The notes under the pieces: generated by a model
The model's database searches: none
Told to the model about the DNA's origin: nothing
What the model saw: only the letters and a program-made list of their open reading frames with translations
Position numbers and translations under genes: made by a program
Assembly: GCF_001194135.2 (NCBI RefSeq)
Contig: NC_068995.1
Coordinates: forward strand, 54,395,514-54,459,513
From: Octopus bimaculoides
Taxonomy: Eukaryota
Length of the DNA stretch: 64,000 nucleotides
Direction: 5' to 3'
Shown here: in pieces, positions 1 through 13,971 of the stretch
Position numbering within the stretch: the stretch's first letter is position 1
Layout of the letters: each line of letters begins with the position of its first letter

Positions 1-561
1 ACAATGCTCAATTTTAGAATAAACTTTCGGTGGAAAAGGAAACATTAGCTGAAGAAAAATCTAATTGAGCAATATTCTCAAAGAAAAGTATGAACACAGA
101 CTGTGTCCAAATGGTGTATACTAAAAAGACTCAGTGCTGATAAAAATAATTAAAATCTGCTAGTAATGAAAGAGTTTGTGACCTTGTCCGTTTATCATGA
201 AACCTTTCTTTATCGAAGAGACTCACTAACATAATAACCCAAAATCTTCCTTGAAATACATAAAAAACATTTTATGACACTCTGTCATAGATATCAAAAT
301 AAAGATCTTGAGTGAATATAGCTCCTGGCTGTGAGAATAAACATGTCACTTTTTGAATCATGAGTATTATATACTAAAGGAAAACATAAAGCATTCTGCA
401 AACGTTGTATGTCATTTTTGCATATATATGTACCACATCACTCACATGTTCAAATATTCATCATGTTTGTCTTTGCACACACATGCACATGCCCAAGTTT
501 TCACGCGGACGCAGTAAGACAATGAGACACACACGTACACACAGAAGCAGATATATATGAG

Positions 562-568
562 TATGCTC

Positions 569-615
<47 letters not shown>

Positions 616-642
616 CATCTATCTCTCTATCTATCTCCTTAT

Positions 643-681
<39 letters not shown>

Positions 682-700
682 ACACTTTATATATATATAT
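562..700. repeat. Compound microsatellite (CTAT)n-(CT)n-(TA)n
   Basis: Tandem tetra- and dinucleotide runs read directly from the sequence. Confidence 0.95.
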
Positions 701-1382
701 AACAGAGACAAAATATCAAGGGATATTTAGGATCACAGTCCTGTTCCAAATTACCGGTCAATGAAATTTTAACGTCATGTAAGAGCATATTCTATATATA
801 CGTAATACGACTTCCAGCCTATGGCAGCGTGCATGCGGGGTCAGAGGCGAAGACCTCTAATAACAGCCGTTACTTTTCCTTTTCGGGCACAGACGAGAAA
901 ATTTGGAGAGACAGAGAAATTGAAAATAGAAATACACCCTTGTATACCAAGCATTTCAAATGTATAGACATGTTTGCACTTTAGTGGTGGCTGTGCTCAC
1001 GACTCCAGTTTTGACTTTTCTTTTTGTATGAAACTCTAAATTCTCCTAAAATTTCCTTCCTCTTTCAATATAACGCATTAATTATAAACTCTATCATGTA
1101 ACTCCTAAATACTCTGTTAGCAATATATTGGTCCATTCTTCAAAGCAATCAAGCTTTTCAGGCTTGACTACCACAGTACTATTAATTTACGCAAAATTTC
1201 TGTATACATAGTAAGCATACTATGGTAATGATTAGAACAATCGAATTCTGTAGCACATATATGCAACAGACAATTCGATTTATTCAACATGAGTGACGCT
1301 TATACATGTACAACGCATCAAAATTTCTCAAGCACAGAAACATGTGCTGAAGCTAAGTGTTATACACAATAAGATGGTATAC

Positions 1383-1383
<1 letters not shown>

Positions 1384-1425
<42 letters not shown>

Positions 1426-1448
1426 NNNNNNNNNNNNNNNNNNNNNNN

Positions 1449-1500
<52 letters not shown>

Positions 1501-1640
1501 GTATATATAGGTACATATATATATGTACATATATATATTATATACATATATATTAATGAATTTATATATGTGTATATTAATTTTATGTACATAAGCATAT
1601 ATACATATATGTATGTACATACATACACGTACATACATAA
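1384..1640. repeat. (CA)n / gap / (TA)n and degenerate TA-CA tract
   Basis: Perfect CA run, 23-nt N gap at 1426-1448, then a TA run. Explains the HTHT/YIYI ORFs in the track. Confidence 0.95.
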
Positions 1641-2001
1641 AGGCATCCACATATCATACCAAAAATGCACATTCCTGTCATTACGCCTTCTCTGAATGAA
1701 ACTGCTTAGTAACAGAATATAAAACTACAGTAAAATTTAACATGAAACATCGCTCAAAGCAAAAGATATAGGCATGTACTGGAATGAAATGTTTTGAAGA
1801 ACATTATAGCTGTCAAATTTGACAGCATCTACTTCCTTCTTCTGTATCGTAGTAACTCTCACGTATATACACACATGCATATGTGCGTGTGAGTGCGTGT
1901 GTGTGTATGTTTGTGTGTGTGTGTATACTTATACATATAGGGAAAGTAAGAAGAAAAAAAAAGCGAAAATGCAGTTTGAATATAAAAAAAATAAAGGCTT
2001 T

Positions 2002-2055
<54 letters not shown>

Positions 2056-3649
2056 TTTCATTATTTTTATACATTTGAGCCCTAAGGCTTATACCAAGCT
2101 GGGGCATCAATCTATGCGTTTTCTGTGTGATCCCGCATGTGTAACATTTTATTATTCCATGTTTCATACAAAAAAAATCTTTTCCCATATCAGAAAACAT
2201 TTTCATTTGTAAAAAATCATTTCTACAAACATTGCGCATTTCTGAGTCTAAATTATTTTAACTCTTTAATACCATGTTATTGTTATTTGCGTTAACGTGG
2301 TATATATTTTTACTGTCGGTTGTTAACAAGAGAGTGTTAATTTGCATATTGAGAAAGCAACAATTTCGGAATATCAGATAAATCTATATGCCTTGAATTG
2401 TTTCGTTTAATCTCTTAAAATTTTGAATTCCTACGTTTGAAGATGATTATTATGTCGTATTCTTTCGATTTTGGTATATCGATGTATGTAACATATTACA
2501 CTCATCTCTCACCAGTGTGGCAGTTTTAGGACAAGGAAGAAAAAGAAGCAAAATAATTTGTATTTGCTTCATTCTTTATTTAAATTCTAGGCGTTATGTT
2601 TGCACTCAATAAAAATCTATTTCGAATTTTCAAATTAATTCGCTTAAAAATTTTCCAAATATTAATATCATGAAAATAGCTGTTAAGCCTCTGGCTACAG
2701 TGTCTTTAATTAATTGTTCGCCGAATATATAATGCTAAAAATCAATTGCCAATAATAAGTAGTAATGCTATGTATTTATTGGCGACTGTTGGTGTGGACA
2801 GTCTGTGTTATATCGCCAGAGAACAGAATTTATCTCTTTGATTGATCACCATTATGTGTCACAAGTTGACCTGGCTGTAAACTGAAAGTCAAACAGCCTT
2901 AGGTTACTGGATATACCCATTTTCTTTTCGTCGTATATTTTGTGAATTGATCTGTGTTGAGAGATAATGTAGCGACACAGCGGCAGTAAATGATTTCGAG
3001 GTCGAATTTGCACAGAACACTTTTCTATTGTGAGCTGGAATACCCGATATCATTAGTTAAAGCCATTAATCAGCTGTCAACATCAAATACACGAAGTATA
3101 TTTAATAGATTATGCTGTCTTCAATAGCTATTTATTTCTTATCTTTTTCTAACATTCAAGCAGGATGACAAGTGTTTCACAAGTGTGTGAAGTCGTGCGA
3201 TCAAAAGAAACTACTGTTTCTTTGGAAACGCAACGTAAATTATATATTATGCATCTTATAATATAATCTCTTAGAGGAATACTACCGTAATTAGCAGCTC
3301 AGCATAGAACCGGGGCTTCGATGTCTAGTATAGAAATGAAATATTTTAACATCGTGTTGTGTGTTCAGTTATAAAATAAAAGGAATTATACTTATTGGTA
3401 ATATGGCAACAATTTCTTGCATGTCGTACCTTACCAGAAAGGTACGATTACCTTAACCCCAAATATTTTCTGACTAACAATGCATCAACCATAAGGATTT
3501 AACAAAATTCCATTTTGAGTTAAAAAAAAAAATGAGAAACACTCAGTAACATTAATTATTAATGAATATCGCAGATTATAGGTTGAACTTTAGTAATACA
3601 TTCGTAACAGATTGAAAAAACATCGTCACTAGAAACAACATTATTTAAG

Positions 3650-3952
3650 CCACTCTTTGACACCTTGCGCATATGGTTTATACTATAGCCTCGGGCCGAC
3701 CACGATCTTCTGAGTAGATTTCCAAGACGGAAACTGAAAGAACCATTCACATATATATTTGCGCGCGCGCGTTTGTTCTCCCATGCTTGACAACTAGTGT
3801 TGATGTGTTTATGGTCCCCTTAAGACCGTAAGCTAACCGCTCTGTACAAGAGACCGTTAGAATAGGTACCAGGCTTTAAAAATAACTCCTTAAAGGTGGT
3901 GCCCAAGCATGGCTGCAGTCAAATGGCAGCGACAAATTAAAGTTAAAGGATA
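3650..3952 (+). mobile_element. Octopus-type SINE family 2 (composite, central dinucleotide tract), 5'-truncated
   Basis: Contains tactatagcctcgggccgacc...gacggaaactgaaagaa, a TA/GC dinucleotide middle, then cttgacaac...gagaccgttagaatagg...agcatggctgcagtcaaatg. The 3' half aligns by eye to 10560-10753. Family assignment is from memory. Confidence 0.85.
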
Positions 3953-4424
3953 TAATATATAGCATGCTAGAAAATTTATAAGAATACAAACGTAGTGTGA
4001 TAATGGAATGCTTGAGAAATGTATACGTTATACAAATATGAATTGGAATGTTTCAAAGCAGACAGAGTAGGAAGAAATCCGTTGGTTTCAATCCCGATAT
4101 ATAGTAGCATATATACGTCTTAAATCACTGCACCCTCCGTTAAATAAAGAGAATAATTTGAAGGTTTAAAAGTAGCAAACATCGGTCAAATAGATTCAGG
4201 TTTATTACATTTCTTAAGATTGTGAAGAAATGGGAAGGAATCATACTGTATTTCTATTTTCATTGCTTTGATGTATGTAAGCGATGTTATATATACAGTT
4301 TGGGAAAGTAGATTTATATGTACTGCGCTATTTCCTCCTTAACATCGGAAATGTTTTAGTGTGAGAATCTACTTGTCAAAATCTTTAGAGAAAATATTCA
4401 TATATATATATATATATATATATA

Positions 4425-5090
4425 NNNNNNNNNNNNNNNNNNNNNNNNNNNNNNNNNNNNNNNNNNNNNNNNNNNNNNNNNNNNNNNNNNNNNNNNNNNN
4501 NNNNNNNNNNNNNNNNNNNNNNNNNNNNNNNNNNNNNNNNNNNNNNNNNNNNNNNNNNNNNNNNNNNNNNNNNNNNNNNNNNNNNNNNNNNNNNNNNNNN
4601 NNNNNNNNNNNNNNNNNNNNNNNNNNNNNNNNNNNNNNNNNNNNNNNNNNNNNNNNNNNNNNNNNNNNNNNNNNNNNNNNNNNNNNNNNNNNNNNNNNNN
4701 NNNNNNNNNNNNNNNNNNNNNNNNNNNNNNNNNNNNNNNNNNNNNNNNNNNNNNNNNNNNNNNNNNNNNNNNNNNNNNNNNNNNNNNNNNNNNNNNNNNN
4801 NNNNNNNNNNNNNNNNNNNNNNNNNNNNNNNNNNNNNNNNNNNNNNNNNNNNNNNNNNNNNNNNNNNNNNNNNNNNNNNNNNNNNNNNNNNNNNNNNNNN
4901 NNNNNNNNNNNNNNNNNNNNNNNNNNNNNNNNNNNNNNNNNNNNNNNNNNNNNNNNNNNNNNNNNNNNNNNNNNNNNNNNNNNNNNNNNNNNNNNNNNNN
5001 NNNNNNNNNNNNNNNNNNNNNNNNNNNNNNNNNNNNNNNNNNNNNNNNNNNNNNNNNNNNNNNNNNNNNNNNNNNNNNNNNNNNNNNNNT
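4425..5090. other. Assembly gap (666 N)
   Basis: N run flanked on the left by (TA)n. Other gaps: 1426-1448, 7525-7698, 10864-10960, 20387-20524, 23471-23696, 29397-29690, 30924-30933, 42034-42043, 51301-51310, 52395-52697, 54200-54209, 56273-56434, 63127-63468. Confidence 1.
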
Positions 5091-5589
5091 AATTAAAAGC
5101 ATAATATATATAATATAATAAATAAATATAATTTATTATATTATATTTATCTTATGATATTTACTTTACTTTATATTATACTCATTTATTGTGCTTTTAA
5201 TTATTAATTTTTCTATATGTGATAGTGGATTTTCATCGATGAGTTCTTGAAAATTGGTTATTTTCCCTAAAACTATATATTTTATATATACTTTATCTAT
5301 AAGGCTCAATTTAATTTTAATTTTTTATAAATTGATTTTAATTGAGTTTTTTACCTGTAATTTTGGATTTTGTCCCTAATATTATTATATATATATATAT
5401 ATATATGAAATATATATGAAATATATATGTCAACTAAATCCGGTGGTCCCATAGAAGACGATGCCACTGTTGCTTTTAGCCCTAGGCATCTCCATCTGGC
5501 TAGCGATACACTGTCTGTGTCCGATTAGTATCTGCGAGGGGAGATCACCGCTCCCAACTGTCTTTCTCCGGCGAAAAACAACAGCAACA

Positions 5590-5756
5590 GCATTTCGTCT
5601 GTCTGTACATTCGAAGTTCAAATTCTGCCGAGATCTACTTTGCCGTTCGTGTATTCAGAGTGGATAAAATAAGTACCAGTTGAATACTGAGGATTAATTT
5701 AAACGACTTACTCCCTCCCCCAAAATTGCAGGTCTCGTGCCGAAATTTGAATCCAA
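5590..5756 (+). mobile_element. Octopus-type SINE family 1, 5'-truncated
   Basis: gcatttcgtctgtc...gaagttcaaattctgccgag (B-box-like)...gataaaataagtaccagttg...ccccaaaattgcaggtctcgtgcc aligns to the copies at 33411 and 42566. Confidence 0.9.
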
Positions 5757-6481
5757 GACGCATGTATCGATATACGCAAATACTAGTAAATCTGTTTTGG
5801 TCAAATAAACTAGCAATTGATATTTTTATAAAATCACTCCTTGTGAGAAACTGGTGTGTGTATGCCAAACGGCGTGCCTTTTTTAGAATGGATGTGTATG
5901 AATATACTTTTGATTACTTATCTGATGTGTATAGATGTGTATAGTGGTGTCGGGTTAATGGACTTGAAATAACGCTTCTAACTTCGAAATCAGCAGAGCG
6001 TGAAATTTCAGCAGCTCAAGCCCTCTTACTGGATTTATAAACCTTATATATTTGTTTGCTTTCCTCCCCAGTCATTTCATTCTACTTGTTTATTTAACTT
6101 CCTTATTTTGATTTTTTTTCTTTTTTTTTTGCCATGTTTTTATTCATTTAAAAATGTGTCGGGATTGTCAACCAAATTTCTTTAGAATGTAAATCTATTT
6201 TTAGAAAGGAACACATTTTTAGAAAGCAAACCTTACGACAAATCTATTTGTTTATTTCATTATATTTAACTACTTCCCGTTTCTTATCTCTGTTTCTATT
6301 CATCTACCACAGTTGCTTCCTTAAAGCAATCCGTAAATGGTAACCTGCCGAATAAAATTATTGTATGTCGTATACAAAGAGACAGATGAAGCATTCTGGA
6401 GAATTGTGAAAACACAGCTTTAACGCGGACACACACACATATAACATATAACACATTATGCATATATTTATATGTACATAC

Positions 6482-6524
<43 letters not shown>

Positions 6525-7277
6525 GACACGCATATGCTATTTTTATATCTCTATCATATAACATTTCATTTATAATAGAGAATGAAGACCATGTAAACTG
6601 ATTTCATTTCCATCTTCATTATCGTGATTAGGTTGGCATTTATAACATTTATGCAAATTTTTCAATACGGAAAATGACAAAAAAAAAAAAAAAGAAGATT
6701 GAAGAAAGTACGGTCCATGGTTTTCTGCTTCAGGGTTCAGGAATTGAATAGACTTAATAATACTCAACCTGGCGACATTTACTAACACTTGAAAAACAAT
6801 GGAATTGTATATGCACAATATAATGTCGATGACTGGATGTTAAACATCAAAACTAATCTCACAAAAGATGCTAAATCACATTGCACAGTATGTTTTGTTT
6901 GTTTACTTTTTGTCTTCAACATCTGAACCTATAGAGAAATTATTCTACATGCATAAATCCTTTATGAATGACAGGGGAAAAAAAACCACTTGGGTTCTTG
7001 GAATACATTATAGGAAATAACTTTCAGTGCAATGATAGACGAACATTTTATAGCTGAATATATCTATAGTTTGCTTCCATTTGCAAGCACGACGAAATAT
7101 ATATGTACTTGATCCTTAATATGCGCACAGAAGGAGCCGCCTCTCTTCTGGATGAGGGTGTATAAGGCGAGATTATTCTTCTGCAAAAATCGGCTATATT
7201 ACACCCACATACGAATGTATACATAAATACATACATAGAAACATAAATGTAGGCACATATAAACACATAGATATATA

Positions 7278-7458
7278 TACGAGGGGGGGGGGCTGCAAAT
7301 ACAGGATGATCAGTTAATAATGAGTTTATTCAACATATTCCCCTCTCAGATTCTTATATTTATTGCAGCGTTCCTTCAAGTTTTATAAGCCCTGTAAGTG
7401 AACTCGAATTCTTGGGCTCCCATCCAGGCCTTTCGCGTTAATCCTTAAAGCGAGAAAC
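7278..7458 (-). mobile_element. Mariner-derived non-autonomous remnant
   Basis: Left end reads TA-cgaggggg..ctg.aaa, like a mariner TIR with its TA target. The minus strand reads LQGL*NLKERCNKYKNLRGEYVE*, resembling the mariner transposase C-terminus (..RW.KC....G.YVE). The right TIR is eroded. Confidence 0.7.
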
Positions 7459-7460
7459 AT

Positions 7461-7524
<64 letters not shown>

Positions 7525-10134
7525 NNNNNNNNNNNNNNNNNNNNNNNNNNNNNNNNNNNNNNNNNNNNNNNNNNNNNNNNNNNNNNNNNNNNNNNNNNNN
7601 NNNNNNNNNNNNNNNNNNNNNNNNNNNNNNNNNNNNNNNNNNNNNNNNNNNNNNNNNNNNNNNNNNNNNNNNNNNNNNNNNNNNNNNNNNNNNNNNNNTA
7701 TATATATATATATTTGCGCGTGCGTATGTGCCTACGTTCCTGTGTGCGTACGTGCATGTGAATTTATTTAAAAGTGTGTTCGTTGTGTATGTATGTATTT
7801 ATCGGAGGGAGTTTCATGCATAATCTTTGTCTTCAACTTGATAATAATAACATGGCGTCAAAAGATAAGACATGACAAATCACTCGAATACATTGAATTG
7901 ATGAAAATACCCTATGGCATCAACAGGGATTTCTATATAAAATACTGCTGTATGAGTGATAGGCATTCGAAATATGAATACAGGTTTAATGGCACAACAA
8001 AAGTAAACAATATTTACTTGAATAAATGTTAATAGCAAATGTAAAATCGACGTTATAGACATGTTTATAGCTGAGCTTATCTTAACGGTGTTCTTTGTAG
8101 CCTTGCTTACATGCATATGCATCCACACATAATCATAATTACACATTAGCAAACAAACAGACTCTCATATACCATCATCTGCACACACACATACACAAAC
8201 ACACAAACACATTGTTACTAATGTAATGACCAATTTCAAATTATTCCATCTTAAATTTCTTCCTTACCCAATGTATTTAACATTTTCAAAACACACATGT
8301 CACGTATTCTTCAGAATAATTTTGACATACGCTCTATAGAATAAATGATATTTTTACGTGTATTTAGAGATTTAATTCAAAGTAAACTCACATATCCTTC
8401 AGGTATATATTTAATCTATGCATTCCGTTAACATATATCTATTCAATTAGGTTTGTTGAATTTATTCAAATATTTGTATCCGCTTCTGTCGTTATCACCT
8501 AAGAGTTTTCACTAAGCCTCAACGTTAAAGAAATATTGCAAAGAAATAAATACAAAATCGGTGAAAAAATTTGAGGAATCGGGCTGATATATCTGTGAGG
8601 ATACTACGATGCATTTCAGTCTCAAAAGCGTAACAGTGTAACAGTCATCAATGGTACTGCCATACTTAAAAACGTTTGTATCAATCGACCCTTTCAATCA
8701 TCTACGCTCTTTTTCCCAATCCCGCGTTGGTCAATGTTCTTCATTTATTTCAGGTTTTTATAAAATATACTGCATCATTATTGTACTAGTTTGACTAAAG
8801 CCTTAAAAGATCAGGCAATATGTCTTGTCTTTTTAAAAATTTGTTTCCAGCATTTCTATGTTTCAAATTATAATCTTGCCGGTGATTAAATGTATTTTCT
8901 TGAGTAAATTCTGCTCCAAGCAAACGTCTTCGAATTAATTGTGATATAGATTCACCTAGCAATCTCCAAGTTCATGAACATTAAACAATCATAAAAAAAG
9001 GCTTCTCTTTCGCTCTTGACATATTGGTAAATTAAAGAAACAAATTAGAACTAATATTATATATTTAAAAAAATACAACACTGCAAACAATGCATTGTTA
9101 GGACACCGTGCTTTGTGTTATGTGTGAAAATGTCAATCGCTCAGTAACAGTTTGTCAACTCTACTTGAACTAATACGTAATCCAATGCCTTCTATTTTCC
9201 ACATTATTATAAACAGGCTGAATACGGACATCATGATTAGTTGTGTTATTCTTTTCGTGAAAGACAAAGGCATATTTTGAAAAAAGGAAATTATTTACTG
9301 TGTTTAGTAAATCGTTGTCATATAACGACACAGTTTTGGTGTTTCAACTCCGATGATGTTAATTTAATATTTCACATCAGATTATCAAAATGTATCAGGC
9401 ATTTGATCAGAATTAGGATGTGTGCCGCTAAATAACGCATTTTTATTTCAAGGTAGTTTGCGTCAAGATCGATACTGCCCAACTTGAACGTACCCCTCTC
9501 CGTTAAGCATATAAGAATGGATGTTACTTTTAGCTCGATCACGTAGTGGCTCCTCATTCACTCAACATTAAGAATAGGCCTGTCCTTTCAGGCCAGACTA
9601 AAGACCCCAAGAGAAATATATGATCTGGTCTATGTACTATTTATTTCTTTATTCAATTAGAAAGAAACTTTGTTCAAAGTGACAAAATAGGTGTAAAATA
9701 GTAATAACGCTTAAATTAATGGGAACTGAATACTTCAGGAGAGAAAAGATGCCATTTTATTGAAGAGATAATTAATAATGGGAAGTAGGCGACACTGTAT
9801 ATATACATATTTGATGAATATATCGTATTCTTTTCTTAATAGTTGTCGGTAAACTATTAAAACACACGGATATCATATTTCCAATATCACAGTAGAAAGC
9901 AAGTCGTAAAAACATTGCAAATAATTAGTGTCATAATTGGTAGGAAAAAATAACGTGTTGTTTTTGGATAAAAGACAATTTTTGAAAGAAAACAAAAAAT
10001 TCGTGTTGTTTATGAATAAGAAACTACAACAAAACGAAAGAAATATTATTGAACTAATATTTACCGAGATGTTTATTTCCTTCTTTTGATAGATCCTTCA
10101 CAATTATCGTCACTTTGTTTGGCGTAATGCCGAT

Positions 10135-10139
10135 ATATG

Positions 10140-10189
<50 letters not shown>

Positions 10190-10380
10190 TAGAGATACAT
10201 ACACACACCTGTTCATACCCACACAGAAGCATACACACACACACGCATACACATATCTTACAAATACACACACAGAAACTCACACGCACACTCATACAAC
10301 ACACACTCATACAACACACACAAACACACACACACACCCACACACACACACATACACACACGCACACAAATATTACACAG
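10135..10380. repeat. (TA)n-(GA)n-degenerate (CA)n tract
   Basis: Direct reading. Includes a duplicated unit acacactcatacaac. Confidence 0.9.
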
Positions 10381-10557
10381 ACATATTGTGTAATGAAAGT
10401 CGATAAAATATCGCAGATACATATGCAGAATAAAAAAGTGTTTAGTAATTGTACTTGAAAACAATCCACCAAATTTAAACCGTCTTATGATTTAGCCACT
10501 TCTGTTATCTGGCTCTGTATTTACATATATATATATATATATATATATTTAATTACT

Positions 10558-10752
10558 TCTGAGTTTGTCCCTCGACCATCACTTGACAACCGATGTTGGT
10601 GTGTTTACGTATCCTTAGCAGAAGAGACCGATAGAATAAGCACCAGACTTACAAAGAATAAGTCTAGGGGTCGATTATTTCGACTAAAAGGCGGAGATCC
10701 AGTATGGCCACAGTGAGTAGACTGAAACAAATGAAAGAATAAAAGAAAAGAA

Positions 10753-10753
<1 letters not shown>
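10558..10753 (+). mobile_element. Octopus-type SINE family 2, 3' half
   Basis: gtttgtccc..cacttgacaaccgatgttggtgtgtttacgt...gagaccgatagaataag...ggggtcgatt..cgactaaaaggcgg..ccagtatggcc. Homologous to 3770-3950 and flanked on both sides by (TA)n. Confidence 0.9.
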
Positions 10754-10792
<39 letters not shown>

Positions 10793-11361
10793 TTAAATTT
10801 GTTTCTAGGAATGTATATGTATGCATGTATGTATGACTGTATGTATGAACATACATACATACANNNNNNNNNNNNNNNNNNNNNNNNNNNNNNNNNNNNN
10901 NNNNNNNNNNNNNNNNNNNNNNNNNNNNNNNNNNNNNNNNNNNNNNNNNNNNNNNNNNNNATATATATACATCTAACAAGCTATATTACAATCCCAGGAA
11001 AGATAATAACTGAATATGGCAAATTCAACAGTAACGCCCACAACAGACGCGCATGTGCTACTGGCGTTTTTAACAAGTTCTCTGCAGGAAATGCATCTAT
11101 CTGCGGAAATGAATCCGAAAATTTACAACATTTAATGACCTATATTGCTTCTGTGGCTTTGGTTGTTTCAGTGAGAGATCGTGAGAAATTGTAATGGAAT
11201 ATCATACCATTTAGAAAGTCTTTAAGAATTGAAGCAAAATATATTCAATATAAGATATGAGAATAACAAAAAAAAAACATGAAAGAAAACGGAAATATAA
11301 CTTTTAGTAACGCATTTGAAAACGGGTAGTGTAAGGTGATCTTTCTATCAGAATTAATCTT

Positions 11362-11687
11362 ATATGTGTGTGTGTGTGTGTGCGTGTGTATGTGTGTGTG
11401 AGTGTGTGCGTTTGATATATACATATGGATGTATATATATGGATGTATATGTTTATATATACGTATACATATATTTATATGTATGTATATGTTTATATAT
11501 ACATATAAATATGTATGTATATGTTTACATATACACATATATATGTATGTATATGTTTGTGTATACACATATATGTATTTATATGCTTATATATATACAT
11601 ATACATATATTTATGTATATGTTTATGTATACATATATAAATTATTTGTTTATATATACATATAAATGTGTGTGTGTGTATGTTTAT

Positions 11688-11733
<46 letters not shown>

Positions 11734-11770
11734 CTACGATACAAACATACATACATATATCTACACATAT
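11362..11770. repeat. Long degenerate (TG)/(TA) microsatellite field
   Basis: About 400 bp of alternating purine-pyrimidine sequence. Confidence 0.9.
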
Positions 11771-12199
11771 AATAGGAGATATAGGAGAAAAAGAGAAATT
11801 AAGAACTTAGTATACGTTAAGTCTTTCCATATGTATATTATTCTTCTGAAAATGTTAGCACTTCCTCCAAGAGAAATAGTCCATTTAGATCAAAGCCATA
11901 ATATATATACAGAGATATCGGAACATATTACCCTGGATAACACTTATGTAATAATAGATATTCAAGTCTATTCCAAAAAATGTATCAGAAAATCTCAGCA
12001 CCAGCAAAAAGTAAATTGGATTACGTTAGATCGAAGAAATATATAATGCCTATGCCAACATGGCCTTATGCTACGAAGGTGAATTCAATTCAGTGTAAGT
12101 GATCTATGCGTTCAGAATTGGAAATTATTGAAGAGTGAATTCTGCGGCTGTTCTTTATAAAAGTAAGAATCTGGAAATGCACGCCATCTTGTTCCCATT

Positions 12200-12420
12200 C
12201 TGAGTAACCATGAATGAGGCACTCCGTTCATCGCCTACAATGAGCAGAAATTTCCCTGTTGCCACGGAACAATAAGGAAGAGATGAAGAATGGTCAGGTG
12301 AAAAACAATGTCGAGGGCAGGAAGATGATTAGAAAAATGGAATAACACCAACAACAGAAATAGGGATATCCTAAACTGGGAGGTGGATAGCCTTACACAG
12401 AGATGTGCTAGATTGCGTTT
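12200..12420 (+). mobile_element. Possible very old RTE-like LINE 3' remnant
   Basis: Broken frames give ...NVEGRK..RKW..., loosely like the VEG.R.RGRP...W tail of RTE reverse transcriptases. Many stops and no firm motif. Confidence 0.2.
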
Positions 12421-13971
12421 GAATTTTGTCATGTCACTACAATATAGAATTCATTGCGCACTAGAGATTCTAAAACTAAATTCTTCAAAGAAAACCATTA
12501 TTCACTCAATCGTATTCACACATACATAGATGCATACATACATGCATACATACGCACAGGCACATAATGACACACACACATACACACACACACACACACA
12601 CTCACACACACACACACTCACACACACACACACACGTACGCAGGTATATGTATACATAGAGAAACATGCAAGACCATAATTGTCTAATGATCAATTTTGT
12701 AAGGTACATTACTAGATAGATTCTACGCTGCAGCACCAAATTCATGTAACACTCCGATATTTTAATATTTGAGTAATTTCAGAAGGAAGATATTTGAAAC
12801 AATACAGTTATTTCGTATTGTCAATATAGTTTAGGTTACGCATATGCAACTCTCTTTAGCTACAATCCACTTTGAACATACTTCACTGCGCCGTGCAGGG
12901 AACTATACAGCACAATTTCAAGATAGTATGTAATTTACTTTTAAAAATACTATACTAGTGATTATTACAGCTTAAACATATCATAATACACTGGTATTAA
13001 ATAAACCATTGAAACGCTGCATTTAATCACACTTGTCTGAAGATGACCATAATGTAACCGAAAAAGAAAATACCATATCTCTTAATAAGATTTCCTTCTC
13101 TGCCAAAGCCACAATAATATCCAGTGTCTTCAATATTGAATCAGTGAAATACATCGGCTTCAAGTTAAATTTGTTAGTTTCATGACAGGTCTTATTTCGT
13201 ATTGTATTTTCACCTATAGACAAAGCGTGCTTCTCATATAAGAAAATTGTTCTTATCAGTCGGAGTAATAGCTTTTACGATAGCCTTTTACGATATGCAA
13301 TTCTCACTTTAGATTTTAGTACTTACCAAACAAATCAACTTATTTTAATATACGCTTTTAACGCCATCAAACTTTTCTATAATGGACATACGACAGGACA
13401 CTCGAAGTTATTTATTTTTATACACCCAAATATGTTCCTTATGAGCAACGTAATACTGCTTTGAATGAAGGACAAAATAAATTTACGAAGGAAAGACATT
13501 TATTTTACAATTCTTGATGATGGTTTTAACTTTACATAGATGAATATTTGGAGTCAAATATCAATGATAACTATTATCTTCTCAGTTATTCACAAGGGCA
13601 AAAATACTACAATAACCACTCCTGGGAGGGAGAATTTATTGCCTCCATAAGTATGAAATTGCGTTGAAGATTGTTACATTATCCTAAAATTATATGCAGT
13701 AACCATCGAATAATTACTACGATATAGAACTCTAAAAGGTATTGCTTTCGATGACAAAGAATTATATTTATACGTAATAATCAACAACAGTGCATCTGCA
13801 AAATTACCCAATGTGCTCCAAATGGCAAGCAAATTCCCTCATCTGATGAGCTAGATTCCAGGCAACACAAATAGAATAAAACATTTTTAGTTGTAGAAAA
13901 TTGCCAAATAAGAATTGCTAGGTTCGCAGAAATCGCTGAAATTCGACCTTAAAATGTTGATATTCTTTTAG

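Noticed and set aside
809-868. HDV-like ribozyme topology (P1-like gacttc/ggggtc, 3-bp P3 with 7-nt loop, agagg/cctct hairpin)
   Set aside because: No P2 pairing, the L3 sequence does not fit, and P1.1 is absent.
3424-3447. Perfect 9-bp hairpin tcgtacctt-accaga-aaggtacga (also an 8-bp stem near 3205 and a 9-bp stem near 37718)
   Set aside because: Several stems of this length are expected by chance in 64 kb of AT-rich DNA, and there is no supporting context.
6734-6887. Exon-like segment with an acceptor and a gtatgt donor
   Set aside because: All three frames contain a stop codon.
9577-9594. Histone stem-loop-like ggcctg-tccttt-caggcc
   Set aside because: The loop is 6 nt rather than 4, the stem deviates from consensus, and there is no histone ORF upstream.
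9739-9785. Peptide EKRCHFIEEI resembling the TMED/p24 motif EKRCFIEEI
   Set aside because: Extra residue, no flanking similarity, weak splice sites.
13841-13870. CTGATGA/CTGAAGA strings here and near 13036, 20801, 25898, 32877 and 59481
   Set aside because: None is followed by a paired stem II and GAAA in hammerhead geometry.
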